A stretch of 64,000 nucleotides of DNA from Camelus dromedarius (taxonomy: Eukaryota). This document shows positions 26,860-39,341 of the stretch, piece after piece. A program made the position numbers and the translations under genes. The stretch's first letter is position 1; the number at the start of each line of letters is the position of its first letter. The notes under the pieces were generated by a model, which had not been told where the DNA came from, searched no databases, and saw only the letters and a program-made list of their open reading frames with translations. The stretch spans positions 102,364,001 through 102,428,000 of the forward strand of contig NC_087437.1 in NCBI RefSeq assembly GCF_036321535.1, in the 5' to 3' direction.

Positions 26860-27410
26860 ATTTGCACATGCCCCGAACAGTAAAAAAATTTGAGTGACAT
26901 GATGTTCATGTTCCCAGCTGAGGTCAAACAAAGTGATCCTCTGCCTTCTTGTTTCAGCTCTCACACTGTGTGTCATTTTTGCATTATAATTTGTGCTGCA
27001 CTTCTTTTTGCATTTTTCTGTCTTTTGGTTGTGGTGATGGTAGTGATTCCAGTTGTTTAAGATTGCGCTTAAGTTGTAGTGCCGAAGTGCTGTGTAGTTT
27101 AACTAAGTGCAGGAAGGCTAGGTTGTACTTTACAGAGAAAATAAGTGTTTAAGTAAGCTTCATTCAGGCATGACTTAACATGTTGGCTGTAAGTTCAATA
27201 CTAATGAATCAACAGTAAATACTAAATAAGGTGTCTCTGAAAACAAACACTCATGTACGAGGTTATGTAGTGATGGGTTGATAAAATGTTTTGGCTAGAG
27301 GCTTCCAGGAACCCAACCCTATTTCCTCTAGGAGTAATGACTCAATATCCTCTAGTTCAGTGTTCATGGTGACTTTACAGCATGTTGCTGCAAATAATGA
27401 GAATCCACTG
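26860..27410 (-). mobile_element. Tigger-family DNA transposon, MER82-like
   Basis: 'ttcccagctgaggtcaaacaa ... ctctgccttcttgtttcagctctc ... aagcttcattcaggcatga ... aataatgagaatccactg' with a terminal inverted repeat-like end at 27410. Confidence 0.8.
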
Positions 27411-28869
27411 TGTATCTCTTTCTTTCATCTTGTGATTCAAATAGCTTTGAGCTCTTGACTCACCTATACACACGCACACAAAAACATCAGTGCATACACA
27501 TACACTTACTGTAAGAACACGAGTTTACTCTGTATTTTTAGCACAGCTATAGGAAGATTAATAGCTACATCTGGGTAATCATAACTCATTGCCTCTGCTA
27601 ACATTGTTAGCTGTGTCATAGTTATATTTCAGCATTTTATGGACCACACCTAGTCAATTCCAGATGATTAAAGTTAGGAGTGAATTACTGCCCTCTTACG
27701 TATTGAAGAGAACTATTGAGGCTTCCAATAAACTAAGCTACAGATTTTAGAGCAAGTCTAACAGTAAGAGGGGAAAAAGGAGGAATTCTCAACCATGAAA
27801 GCAATTGTATAGTCATCCATTGAATCAGGACTATGTTTTCAGTCACCGTAGTTCATCTAACGTAATAATCTCCCAAATTCAGAATCTGTTTTATTCAAAT
27901 GAACTATTTTATAGGTCTGCTTTATGCTCTCTTGCAATTAGCCAACAGCCTCATTTCACATTTGCACAACCACATTCTTTAAACCACACTGATAAAAATA
28001 GCATATTTAGTAAGATAAATCTTTCATACAAATTCCATGATTCATATGTATATAATTATTTTTAATTTTTTTACTTGACGTAAATTAACATATTGAATAA
28101 TGTCCTGTAAACATAGCCTTTGAAAGAGTTCTAGTGCCACTTTAGATTTCATTCATGTGCACACATTAACATTCTCAAATTCCATATTCTGTTGCTAATC
28201 ACTACTTAGCATTCAGTGTTCAGTATCTTTGGATTTAAGCTCATAAGGCCTTTTGAATCTCTCCTGAAATGCATTGTTTTCATCTATTGATGTCAGCGCA
28301 TTACCTATTTCATCAAAGTGACACTACATTTTAATAGAGAACCAAAGTATTAGTGCCTTATTTCATGTAGAGATAAAAATCCAGATAGCATTCTAGTTAG
28401 GAAAAAAAATTACAGCTTGAGGCTTCCTGTGTGAAGTTTCTATGTTTATCAATCTGTCATTTTCCAAAAGCACTTAATAGTAAAGGAAATGCAATAAGGG
28501 CAGACAAAAATATTTTCGAAGCTATGCCACTCCATTGTACTCAATTAAATATAGCCAGGAAAGTATACAAATATTTGAACCATTTATCCAATGCACTTGC
28601 CTTTTGTTGGAGAGTTTTTAAATCATATAGAGAATGATCTCCTTACTTCTGAAATGTATTATTTAATTTTCTATATAGAAAGTTTACCAAATATACCTAA
28701 CTCTTATATCTGGACCAAAACAAATTTTGAAAAGCATCAGTAGTCGGTAAATACTTCCTTCCATTTCCTAATAATAGAACTTTTACCTGAGTAGTATTTG
28801 AGGAAATGAAATTTCACATTCCACGTGAACATACTTTCCATTTAAATTTTTGTGATGAATTTTTGTGAT

Positions 28870-29500
28870 GCTCTCCACCTACACTGTGAGTACCAGGGCT
28901 GTAGCCATCTTTATCTCCTGCCTGGAAAATTGCAGAATTCTCTTGTTACCCAAGGTTCCACTATGCTTCACCTTCAACCAAATGACAGAGACAAAAATGA
29001 TCCATATAACATAAATCGAAGTGAGTAACATCCTTGCATCCTCATGATTTCTCATTGCCCTTAAAAATCCAATCTCTTTAGTAGAAGATTCTGCTTGAGC
29101 TGTCTCTTGGTACAGATCCAACCTCAGTTTGTACCACCTTCTCATTCCACCTTGCCTCATTTTGTTCATTTCACAGCGAAGCACATTCAAGCCCTCTGTA
29201 TTTGCCCACTCTCATTTTTTTGGCATGCTCTTCTTGCCTCCTTACACCTATTTGATCTTCACCTCTTCACGTGTGCACTGCTGTAGCATCCTCTCTAAAA
29301 TATGCAACCATGCCAACCTCAGTCACTCTCAGTTCACTCTGCTTACTGATGCTTGGCTTCCTAAGATGTAAGATCTGTCCATGCATTTGCTTAACTCTTT
29401 TCTGCCTTTCTCCTCTTGTTAAAATGTAGGCTTCATGAAGTCAAGAGTCTTTTTTTTTTTTTTAACCCCATGAAATATTTCAAGGCCACTTATAAGAAAT
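28870..29500 (+). mobile_element. L2 3' region
   Basis: 'gccatctttatctcctgcctggaaaattgcag ... ctcattgcccttaaaaatccaa'. Confidence 0.7.
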
Positions 29501-29604
29501 GTACATTTAAATGACTGCACATACTCACAGTATTAGGAAAGACAAAACTAACTGTTCAAAAAAAAACCCAATACCCCCAAATTTCAGTGTCTGAAAAGTT
29601 CATT

Positions 29605-29745
29605 CCTTCTGTGACTATCTTATTTCACTTAGCATGATGTTCTCAAGGTTTTTCCATGTTGCTGCATATGGCTGGATTTCCTTCTTTTTTAAAGCTGAAT
29701 AATTTCCCATTGTATTTATAACAACAAATTCTTTATTCATTTAAG
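29605..29745 (-). mobile_element. L1M fragment (ORF2 end / 3' UTR)
   Basis: 'cttatttcacttagcatgatgttctcaaggtttttccatgttg ... aagctgaataatttcccattgta'. Confidence 0.75.
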
Positions 29746-29859
29746 TGTTCTTTATTCATTATTTAAGTTTTCTTACCATGATTATGAAAAAAGAAAAAAT
29801 TTTCCTCACCCACCTAAGCATCTAGTGCTTGGATCCATAAGAAGATTTCTTTCCACCTT

Positions 29860-30001
29860 TTATGTCTTTCTAAGGAAAGGACCAGTTCTTCTTTCATCTC
29901 GTAGCTTAGCCAACGTGTGACTATACTGCCGAGTGGAAGCACGAATTTCAGTAGACAACATAGTGTTTCTTCTGTAGACTCTCGTACCTCGTTTAGCTTT
30001 T
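29860..30001 (-). CDS. Speculative terminal coding exon (KAKRGTRVYRRNTMLSTEIRASTRQYSHTLAKLRDERRTGPFLRKT*), product unknown
   Basis: Non-repeat segment with locally retained CpGs and a weak acceptor 'ctaattgaaacag|'. Phase-compatible with 43577-43706. No homologue recognised. Confidence 0.2.
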
Positions 30002-31590
30002 CTGTTTCAATTAGACATAATGATTTTATGTTTAAAGCAATAATATTTTATAAGTCTTTGTCTCACCAAAGACTTCAGCTTTTGCCTCTCATCTTGCTGT
30101 AATAACAGGATAAGATTTAATGTTCATATGACCTCACAGAGATTAAAGGAAATTTAATTCATTGTAATGAGTTGCCATGTGTTCTGTCTCTTCTTCAGTG
30201 CTTTCATCCAACAAAGGAAACACTGTTTTAGACATTCATTATGTTCCAAAACCAAAATAGGTCGGTAGTCTGATGAAAATAAATTTTGTAAAACAAAAGT
30301 ATGCCTCTGTTTTTTCAGATTCTACTTTCCAGAGAGCCTTCATAATCTCAATATATATGTGTCAAATACAGGTATAATGCCAAGAATTATTCTAATGGAT
30401 GGAAGAGTGTCTGGCACGTAGTAGGTGCTTAATGCTTTTGAGGTCCTATGCAAATAGCATGAGGTATTTTTGAATAGCCACTCCTAGCTTTATATTACAC
30501 AAGGTATTGGTAATGTTTACCTAGAATTGCTCAACTTCTAGAGTTAATAACAGAAACTAAAAGAAAACTAAACAATTGTAAAGAAAGAGGGTTTCTTTCT
30601 CCTATATATCCTTACTGTGAAAGCAGATATATCAGGTATTTTAAGCATGCAGGTAACTCCATTTATTGTTTTTGTGCTAACTGAACTTGTGGTTTTAGCT
30701 CAGTTTTCCATACATCTCACTGAAAGTGAGAATAGTCATTGACTAGTGGCCTTGAATGACCTCATAGCTATTGAAGTTGTCATTATGGAAATATGTATTT
30801 CTGAATTATTAAATATACATTATTGTTTTAGGTTTGTTTGTTTATTTTAGTTTGCTATATGTATTTGTGTTTGTATGTGTGTGTGTGTGTGTAACAGGAC
30901 TCCAGGGATATTCATCTCAGAAATAGTTAAAAGAGTGAGGTTCTAAATCTACAAAAGAGAAGGTTAGATTCTGTTGATTCCCCTTTCTCTTTTTTTCCTT
31001 TACCAGCCAGCACCTGTCTTCTTCAGGTAACACAAGATTTTGTTCTTTGCTATTTTTAAACATTTAGATTAAGGAAATGGTAATACTCTTGTTTTTACCA
31101 GAAGGGGAACCAAAAAAGACTAATTTAATATCAGGATTTTAAGAGAGGTTTGATCAGGTGGCTTCTTTTGTATGATGGATAAGGCAAGATGATCTGCTAA
31201 AAGAGGGTATAGATTCAAAGAATTATGGAGAATAGACTCATTTTGAATACTTTTTATGAAGAATGAAGAACACTTGCCAAGAAGTAGAGCAAAACAAGGG
31301 AAAACTGGGGAAGTTCTGGCAGCAGGTTTTAGGAATCCCTGAATTTGCTAACCATGAAAGCACAGGGGCTCATTCATGTATTCATTCTTTTTTCTCTTCT
31401 TTTCTTATAACACACTTCAATCTTGAGAAAAGCCCAGAGGTGGCTGATTGTTAGATACTGTTGGAGTGAGGTTGTTCTGCAGAAGAATGATCTAAGGGCC
31501 ATGTATAGGGTTGACAACTCTCAGTGAGATGATAGCAAAAGAGAAGCACAATAGGGTAAAATATATAACACTTTGACCTTTGTACTACCA

Positions 31591-32098
31591 TCGCTGCTAA
31601 AAAACAGCCTCTGCACCATGAAAAGCAGATTCAAACTCAGAGGCAGAGTTTGGGGAGCAAAGAAGAGAACCACTTGATTGCTTTGCCCAGCAAAGGGACA
31701 ACAGGCTAATGCCTTGGAAACTGTGAATCCATCTTGGTGTTGGGACTTGGTGGTTATATAGGCGAAGTGAATGGAGCATATCAGTGATAAAGAACAACAG
31801 AGTCTTTTATGGTCCATTAAGTAGGCCTTTGCCTGCGGCCTTGGCATTATCAGGTCTGATCCCTCCAGTGTCACAAGGTTTTTTGGAGGATCTAGCCATT
31901 CTTGCATTGTTATCATTCCGTAACCTTTTCTGGAAAATAGCTTCTGAGTTTCAGATACAAGTTATTTAGGGTAGGGCTTAAATCATAGGATAGCAGGTAA
32001 TCATTCAAGCAAGTTATACAATATCAGTAGCAAGAAAAAAAAAAAACAGGATAGTCAGAAAACAATCAATCACAGTGAATTCTATAAACTGTCTTAGC
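31591..32098 (-). mobile_element. ERV1-type solo LTR (artiodactyl-like)
   Basis: 'cagcctctgcaccatg ... ctcagaggcagagtttggg ... attgctttgcccagcaaaggg ... ggctaatgcc' resembles artiodactyl ERV1 LTRs. The right boundary is uncertain. Confidence 0.5.
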
Positions 32099-32189
32099 AT
32101 CAAGGAAGCCATTTTGTGACTCCTTCACCATCATCTCACACAGAATGTGATATACTTGAAGTACTTAATTAATAAACATTAATCTGTAA

Positions 32190-32560
32190 AAACTCTTTTA
32201 TCCAATATATTCATGTTAGAATTTTATACTGTGGAAGTCCTTACACAAATATAAAACATATAGCTAGAGAGATAACATATAAAAGCATTATTTCTAATAG
32301 TAAAATACCAAAAATAAATAACATTATGTAGAATATTATGTAGCCATTATGATGAACATTTGTGTACAAGTTACAGAAAATTATTGTTTATGATCCCAAT
32401 GTAAAAAACATAATATTTTATAATATGCTTAGCAACTAAGGAAGATACAACCAGTTGTTAACAGTAATTTTCTCAAGGTGGGTTACAGGGAATTTCTACT
32501 TTTTATTTTACATAAATCTCCATTGTTTCAATTTGTTTAATAAAACACATATATTGCTTT
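32190..32560 (+). mobile_element. L1ME-type 3' end
   Basis: 'gaatattatgtagccatta ... gttgttaacagtaattttctc ... ggttacagggaatttctactttt'. Confidence 0.45.
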
Positions 32561-32699
32561 TTTAAAAAAGGAAACAGCAGGAATTTAAAGGAATTTGGAT
32601 AATTTACTCCAGTTAACCAACTCTTTTTAGACACTGGACCTGTGTAGATCGTTATGCCTAAAGGTGGCTAGAGGAAAGGTCATATATTTCTCAGAATCC

Positions 32700-33320
32700 A
32701 TTACAAGTTTAGAGTTTTTCAAAGAGAATTTTATATCAGGCTATGCTTTGTACCAAAGGGACTTAAAAGTTCGAACAGTAATCGATATCTGAGATCCAGG
32801 ACTCCTCCTGTTTAAAGAGTCGACTATCAAACAGTAAGATGCTCAGCCCATCAGGAACATGTTAAGCTGGATGATGACTGGCTGGTTCAGCCAGTTCTCT
32901 CTTTCTGACAGCCTGAACATGGTATATTTGGAAAGCTAGTGGAGATTACAGTGATCCAAATTGGAGGGGCACAGAAAACTGAGAGAGTAAGCAGAAGTGA
33001 AGTGTTAATAGTCAAGAGCCAAGGGCTGGCAGGAAGGAGAACAGCTGCTGCGTATCACAGTAAGATGGTGAGAAGGAATAAAAGAGAGGACAGGTAGACA
33101 GAGTGGACACAAATAGGACTATCGGAATAGTTGTTTAGAACCATCACTGCTGCAGTATGCTGGAGCTGCCTCACATCCTGCTGGTGATTATTCTATTGCA
33201 AGTTTCTGTGAGCTCTAGTTTTGCAGCAACTGATATTTTGTGTCCTTACTTCATTATATACATATGATGAATCTCCGTTAACGAAAGTAATCAGAGTGGG
33301 TCCCTGTTCATGGACATGGT
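32700..33320 (+). mobile_element. Old MLT1-like LTR
   Basis: 3' end 'gtaatcagagtgggtccctgttc' resembles old MLT1 termini. Confidence 0.35.
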
Positions 33321-36039
33321 AAAAGGAATATCTGACGTGGTTGCGAACCTGACTGCTTAACAGAATTGACGCTTTTTAAAAACTAGGCTCTTTGGCTTCC
33401 CTTCTAATTTTATTAAATCTTTCTTCTCTTCCTATTACTTATTTCACAGTTCTTTAATCTTAACTTTGTCTTGTATTTTGAGCATCATTTTCTGAAAGAT
33501 TTTCAGTCTTCAGTGACATTCTTCCCTGATCTGCAGTCTCATCAGATAGGCTTGGCACACAGTTGGATGAAAATACTCCAAAGCAAATACAATACATCAT
33601 ACCTGGTTTCATTGAGACCACTTCAAAAGCTTGCCACTTCTTCTTTAAGAATATTTGACTATTTCTGATAAATATATTTAATCACTAAAATCATATGCTA
33701 TGTTTCATTTTTTTTAAGTTCTGCTGACAGTTCAAATCACATATTGATTATATTGTTGCTAAAGCAAAAACCAGAGGAATAGATACTTAAGGTTGAGTGA
33801 TATAAATTATGAGAAGTCTTTTGGGGGTTTCTTTTTGTGTCTTTTGTTTGTTTGTTTTTTATGAAGGTACAATGTAAAATTTTCTGGGACTCCTAATCAT
33901 ATAAAAAATTTCTCAAATTTTATATAATGCCTGCAACCCATTTCATATAAAGGATTGAACACCAGAAAATGGCACATTTCATTCTCAGGAATGCAGTATG
34001 CATTTACTAAAAGTTTTCCAAATAAGAAAAAGAAAGTGATTCTTAAGTTTCCACGAATACTTACAGATAATGCATTAGACATAACTTTCTCACTTCAAAA
34101 CATATGAAACTTAAGTTCTGAAAATGTACAATTTAAAATCAGTGACTGTGTTGAAAATTTTAGTACTCTTAAACCTCACCTAGGTAATCCACCTCAATGA
34201 TACACTGGCACCAGGTTTTAAAATAAGATCTCTTACTATTATCCAGTATCAAGCTATTAGTCTTGATGTTGTGAAATGAATTTTACTTTTTAATTTTCTT
34301 GTAGTAAATTTGTGCAAATAAGCCTTGGGGTAAAGACAGTCATACTTTTAATCTTCTCACGGTACCTCTATTCCACAACGCCATCACAGGTACTGTAAAA
34401 TCATGGGATGCATTTAATGATCTTAACTATTCCGGGAACAAGCCTTGGGCTTTTCAAAAGGGCAGCAATAGCAAACAGTAACATCATCAACACACGGAGT
34501 CTCTGGAATTGTCCTGAGGGTCAGAATCATTGCCATCATTAGTAACACTTTAATTTGTTCAGTGACGAGAAATCAATCTGTAACAGGAAGATATATATTG
34601 CTGTTTTCCAAAAGGCTGCTAGTGATAAGCATAAATGGCATGGTAAGCTTGACATTGCAAAGATTTGTTTTTTATAGATATATAAAACAACCAAGTCAGA
34701 AAAATTGGTCATATGTGGAACTGGTTATTTTCCATGCCCACTCATAAAAAAATCGGTGAAAATAATAAACTTTCTCCATGTCTTACACTCCACAAACTGT
34801 TAGAAAAATTGAGAGAAGGGAAAATTTGTTTATTTTATTCTTAAAAATATTTTAATGTGAACTCTCAATAATAATAACTGAATTGAAAAGGAAAACAGTA
34901 CTTAAAATTTAATGAAATTGGAGCAAATAGTACATATTCTTTCTTTAGCTAATTTTAAACAACTCTACATTAAATTAGTTCTTTCAGTAATGTGGAAAAG
35001 GTAAAATCTAGTTTCTTAAACTTTTTTAAAGTATATTTCCTTTGTAACATATTTTTGAATGAGTCTACTATTAGCATGTTCATTGATAATGAAAATTATG
35101 TAATTATATATAGATATCCTTAAATTCAGTAAGCAGTTTGCAACAAGTCAGAAAATTGGATTTTAATTTGCAGTTTCTTCTTGATCTACTACTAATGAAA
35201 GTTTCACTGAATTATCTGCTTAAAGGTCAAAATGCTAATTAGGAGTTTCTCATCAGTGATAATTCAGATATGTGGGAAAATGATGACATAGCTTTTTATC
35301 CTCTTGAGTTAACTTATTTTGTACTCCATTGTCTTCTCAAAGTTCTGATTACAATGAAGACAGTTTATAACATTTAATATTTCCCATTTCAAGGCAACAC
35401 TTCCATTCTTGTTTAACAGAACACGTTAAATGAATTTCATCACAATTTTCTCTTCTCCAAATGTGACTCCATAATATACACCTTTAATAAGCTAATTTTT
35501 TCAGACCACATTTTAAACTACAAGTAGAATATAGCACTTTATATCTACAAAATTTTCTATTTTTAGAACACATGTTACATTTAAAATTCTTGATATTCCA
35601 ATTTGAAATTTTTAGATCCAGGGAGAATTAATAATCTCACCTTGTCTATTCCATTATATGTACTATATGATTTCATAATTCATAGCATGTAACATACTAT
35701 TTGGTTTATGAGAAAGCTCATGGAATGTGGAAATCTATTAATTCAAATGAATATCCTCTTTATATACAAACATGGTTGTGCCCCACAAAATGAAAGTGTA
35801 CTGGTCATCTGATTTGAGTCATAAACATATAAGTATATTTACCAATAGTAGAGACTCTGTGTGTATGCATGTGTGTGTGTGTGTGTAATCAAATTCACAT
35901 TGCTTGAAAATAAGAGTGTACCTGAAAACACGTACACAATGATATGGCCACGGCAGTAAAGTAATGGCACATTCCAAAGACATAATGTAAGAAAATTTAA
36001 TTGAGGGCCAATTTCAAAGGCTCTGGCAGACTTAAAAGT

Positions 36040-36325
36040 AATCAGTGAAGAATAGTAGTTAGTGTTGCCAGTGGTAAGCCTGAAGGAGAAAACCCAGCAA
36101 GAGTACGTATTGTGGAAGACTGCACGACAGGGGCTGTGCCTTTGGGTAAAGAAACTCACCCTCCCTCATTTTCTGTTGTTTGGTCTCCTGTAGTTGGTCC
36201 AAGCCACTGGAATCCAGAGGATAAGGAAGGCTTTGATACAGTCCACAGAGGTCAGCGTCCTGGATTACCAAGCAGGATAGAGAGGGGGAAAAAATAGAAC
36301 TGGAGGAGGAAATGGCAGACACCTA
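36040..36325 (-). mobile_element. LTR33-like ERVL LTR fragment
   Basis: 'tctcctgtagttggtccaagccactggaatccagagg ... gtccacagaggtcagc'. Confidence 0.5.
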
Positions 36326-36349
36326 GTTTGTATTTTCAGCATGTAGTAT

Positions 36350-36650
36350 GATTGCGAAGTTGAAGACTCAACAAAGTAAAGATGTCAGTTTTTCATAATC
36401 TATGGAATAAATACAAACCAATTGAAATCTCCAGCAAAATGTTTGTAGGAAACTACTATCTGAATTCCAAAGTTGGTAAGGAAAGGTGAACCAAAATAGC
36501 CCAGATAATTCTGAAAAAAGAAAAATAATTGAGGCATTCACACTGTTGTATTTCAAGACTTACTGTAAAGCCACATAAATCAAAGTAGTATTAGTTAAAA
36601 GATGATGGAACAGAATAGAGGACGTAGAAATAGACCTACATGTGTAACTC
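36350..36650 (+). mobile_element. Old L1 ORF2 fragment
   Basis: 'gaagactcaacaaagtaaagatgtcagtt ... atttcaagacttactgtaaagc ... ggaacagaatagag ... gaaatagacc'. Confidence 0.75.
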
Positions 36651-38269
36651 CATCTTGGCAAGAAGCTGCAGAGTCCTTTGGGTGTTAAAAATTTAATGTG
36701 CAAGCACACAACTGATCAAAGCTAAATGAATATTTTATAAGTTTTTATCTTTATTAAATCTTAAAAGAAAATATTTTATTGAAAATACAGCTTTTAATGG
36801 TACGAGAAAAGCTTTGGTTTTTCCAGTCAGCCCACGTATCCATGGACACAGGTTATTTATTATCAGAATGAGAGATGTTTCTAGTATTAATTCTAGAACA
36901 GTCCCCTTTTTTCTTAACAAAGTTGTCTCCATAAATAAGTAGAAGGGAATAGAATAACCTTTTTTTAAATAGCAATATAACTTACTTCCTTCAAATTTTT
37001 CTAAATTATATCCAAATCTTACTCTGATTTATCATAAAACTGTTTAAATATCTGGAAGTAGATAACTAAATTAAGTTCTTCAATTTTGTTAAAATGATGA
37101 TTTGAGAATAACCTAAATTGAAAAGTGCTTTGTTACTAGGCATTTGATTCATTGAATCCTTCCTTGTAAATAGTTATTGACAGGAATTAGCACCTTGCCC
37201 ATGATTTTGCACCACAGGGCATAAAAATGCAATATAAGCGGAGTAAAATGTGATAGTCCTTGGAAAGTCAGGAAAGCCCCTTGTGAAGGACACTTGAGAA
37301 AGGGAATACCACTGGGTCATAGATCTTTTCTGACGCAGATCAACTTTAGGAAATGGGACACTTGGACCATAAAGATGTGGCTTTTTGTTTTTATGTGGTG
37401 TAGCTGTCCCAATGGGAAGACCATCATTCTGTGTAATATACGAGGGGAAATGCTCCTTCCACTCAGCGTGTAATGCACTGACTTCCCCTGCTTATAAACG
37501 ATTCTAAGAAAACTCACTCTTGAGTCACGTATCTGCTGAAGCTCCTGAATTTCTTTAGTGCTTTAACATATTCAGATTTATAATTAAAAACAAATTGTGA
37601 AATCAAGGTTATTACAAAACTATACCTTGAACAACATATTAGAATTAATACAAAGAAAAGAAAATCTATTTCAATTTTCCAAGAACCATTAAGTATTAAA
37701 TGTAATAGTTCTGCTAAGACTGTAAGCTTAATTTGAGAATCCTGGAAAATGAAGACCACGAAAACGTTACATTTTTCTCTTCCCTTCCTTAATTGCCTCT
37801 TTTTACCAAAAGGGAAAAATAAACATGTGTGAATGACTGTTTCGTGTAGATAACACACACATACGTACACGCACGTGTACATATATATTTGTATAACTGC
37901 AGACAAACAGAAACACACATATGCACAAACACACATATGCATAAACTCCAGGTTAAGCTAGGCCAAAGCAGCCTTCATGTAGAAAAGAATGAGGAAGACA
38001 AAAACGAAAAGAACATGTAGACTGAGGAGAGATTTCTTCTTCATGGCCTTTCTCCTCTTTCTGTTTCTTCAGTCGCTGTGATAAACTGGAGGATCATAGA
38101 AATAAAAGTGCCAGATTTTTTGCTTACAGTTTTTGTTGCTGCTCTTGATGTTTTATGGCCTTTTCCCCTTTGTTTAAACATTTGTTTATCTGTAATTATC
38201 AGCCTGGAGTGCATCCTGGTTTTTCTTGATTGTTATCTTGGTTCCCGTCTACCATATGCCAGGAGGATT

Positions 38270-38640
38270 CTATCAGCAGCAAACCTGAGCCATAGATTCA
38301 GGTAAAAGTGATGGATTAAGGAGGTGCCCTCAGGAGAAACCAGTAAGTGTATGCAGGAAACAAGACAGAAGATTGTAAGATGCCAAGCTAGAGTGGGTAG
38401 GTAGGGGTGGTCTCACACTCCCTCTGATTCTGCAGGGAGGTCTGGAATATAAATCATACCTATTTGTCCCTCTTTGAGTCAAAGAACTGGATTTTACAAC
38501 CCCACACTAATCAGTTGTTGATTACAGGCTGTGGGCTTGTGTACATAAAACAAGCTAATGTATGTGGCTCTGCATAGAGATGAGAGGGTTCCAGTGCCAA
38601 AGGCCACATCTCTCAAGGTCACAGGCGCCAATCCTCAGGC
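38270..38640 (-). mobile_element. LTR16-like ERVL LTR
   Basis: 'agcaaacctgagccatagattcagg ... tcaggagaaaccagtaag ... atcagttgttgattacaggct'. Confidence 0.5.
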
Positions 38641-39341
38641 CAGATTTGACCCATGAGCTAGCTGTAGTTTGTTGAAAAGCAGCAACTTGAATTTCCTTTT
38701 CTTCTACCAGAAACAAAATTAAAGTGATTCTGTCTCTTTTTATAAATATAATAAGTATTTTATGAATATGCCTAAAACAATCTACTTGATGAATGTCAAT
38801 TCTATCAATTTACTAATCACAGTCAAGTCACATCAATTTGAGATTTGACTCAGGGGGAAAAATGAATTGCAAACCTTAAAGAGAACATGCTGGCCCTGGT
38901 TTGGGAGCAGCAAAGATATGAAATATCAGGGACACCAAACACTGAATACTTTTATTAACCTGGTGCATAGCCCATGGGCGGTATGCCAAAAGCAGCCAAC
39001 AATAAAACAATCTTTTCCCAATTACAATATTGAATTGACCTTACACTACTTGGCTTAATTGAAAGTCCAATACAATGAGGAATATTACTTTCTTGGATGT
39101 TGTTAATGCAATAGATAAATGATCCAATCTCAAAGATTTCTAACATAGCAGAGAAATAAATTCAAACAGACTAAAGATGCTGAAAAGAAAGAACTAAGAA
39201 AATCAGAGTTGCACTGGACTTTGTATATAATAATTTGCTACATACTGTAAGGTACCATATGGAAAACTAAACAGAAAGGCTTTTAAAGACATTTTTCTGT
39301 AATTATTTAAAATTCATCTAATAAAAATGTATACTTACAAT

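Noticed and set aside
37514..37942. 142-aa ORF
   Set aside because: It begins in (TG)-rich low-complexity sequence and is T-rich throughout. Only a short overlapping segment in another frame is kept as a speculative exon.
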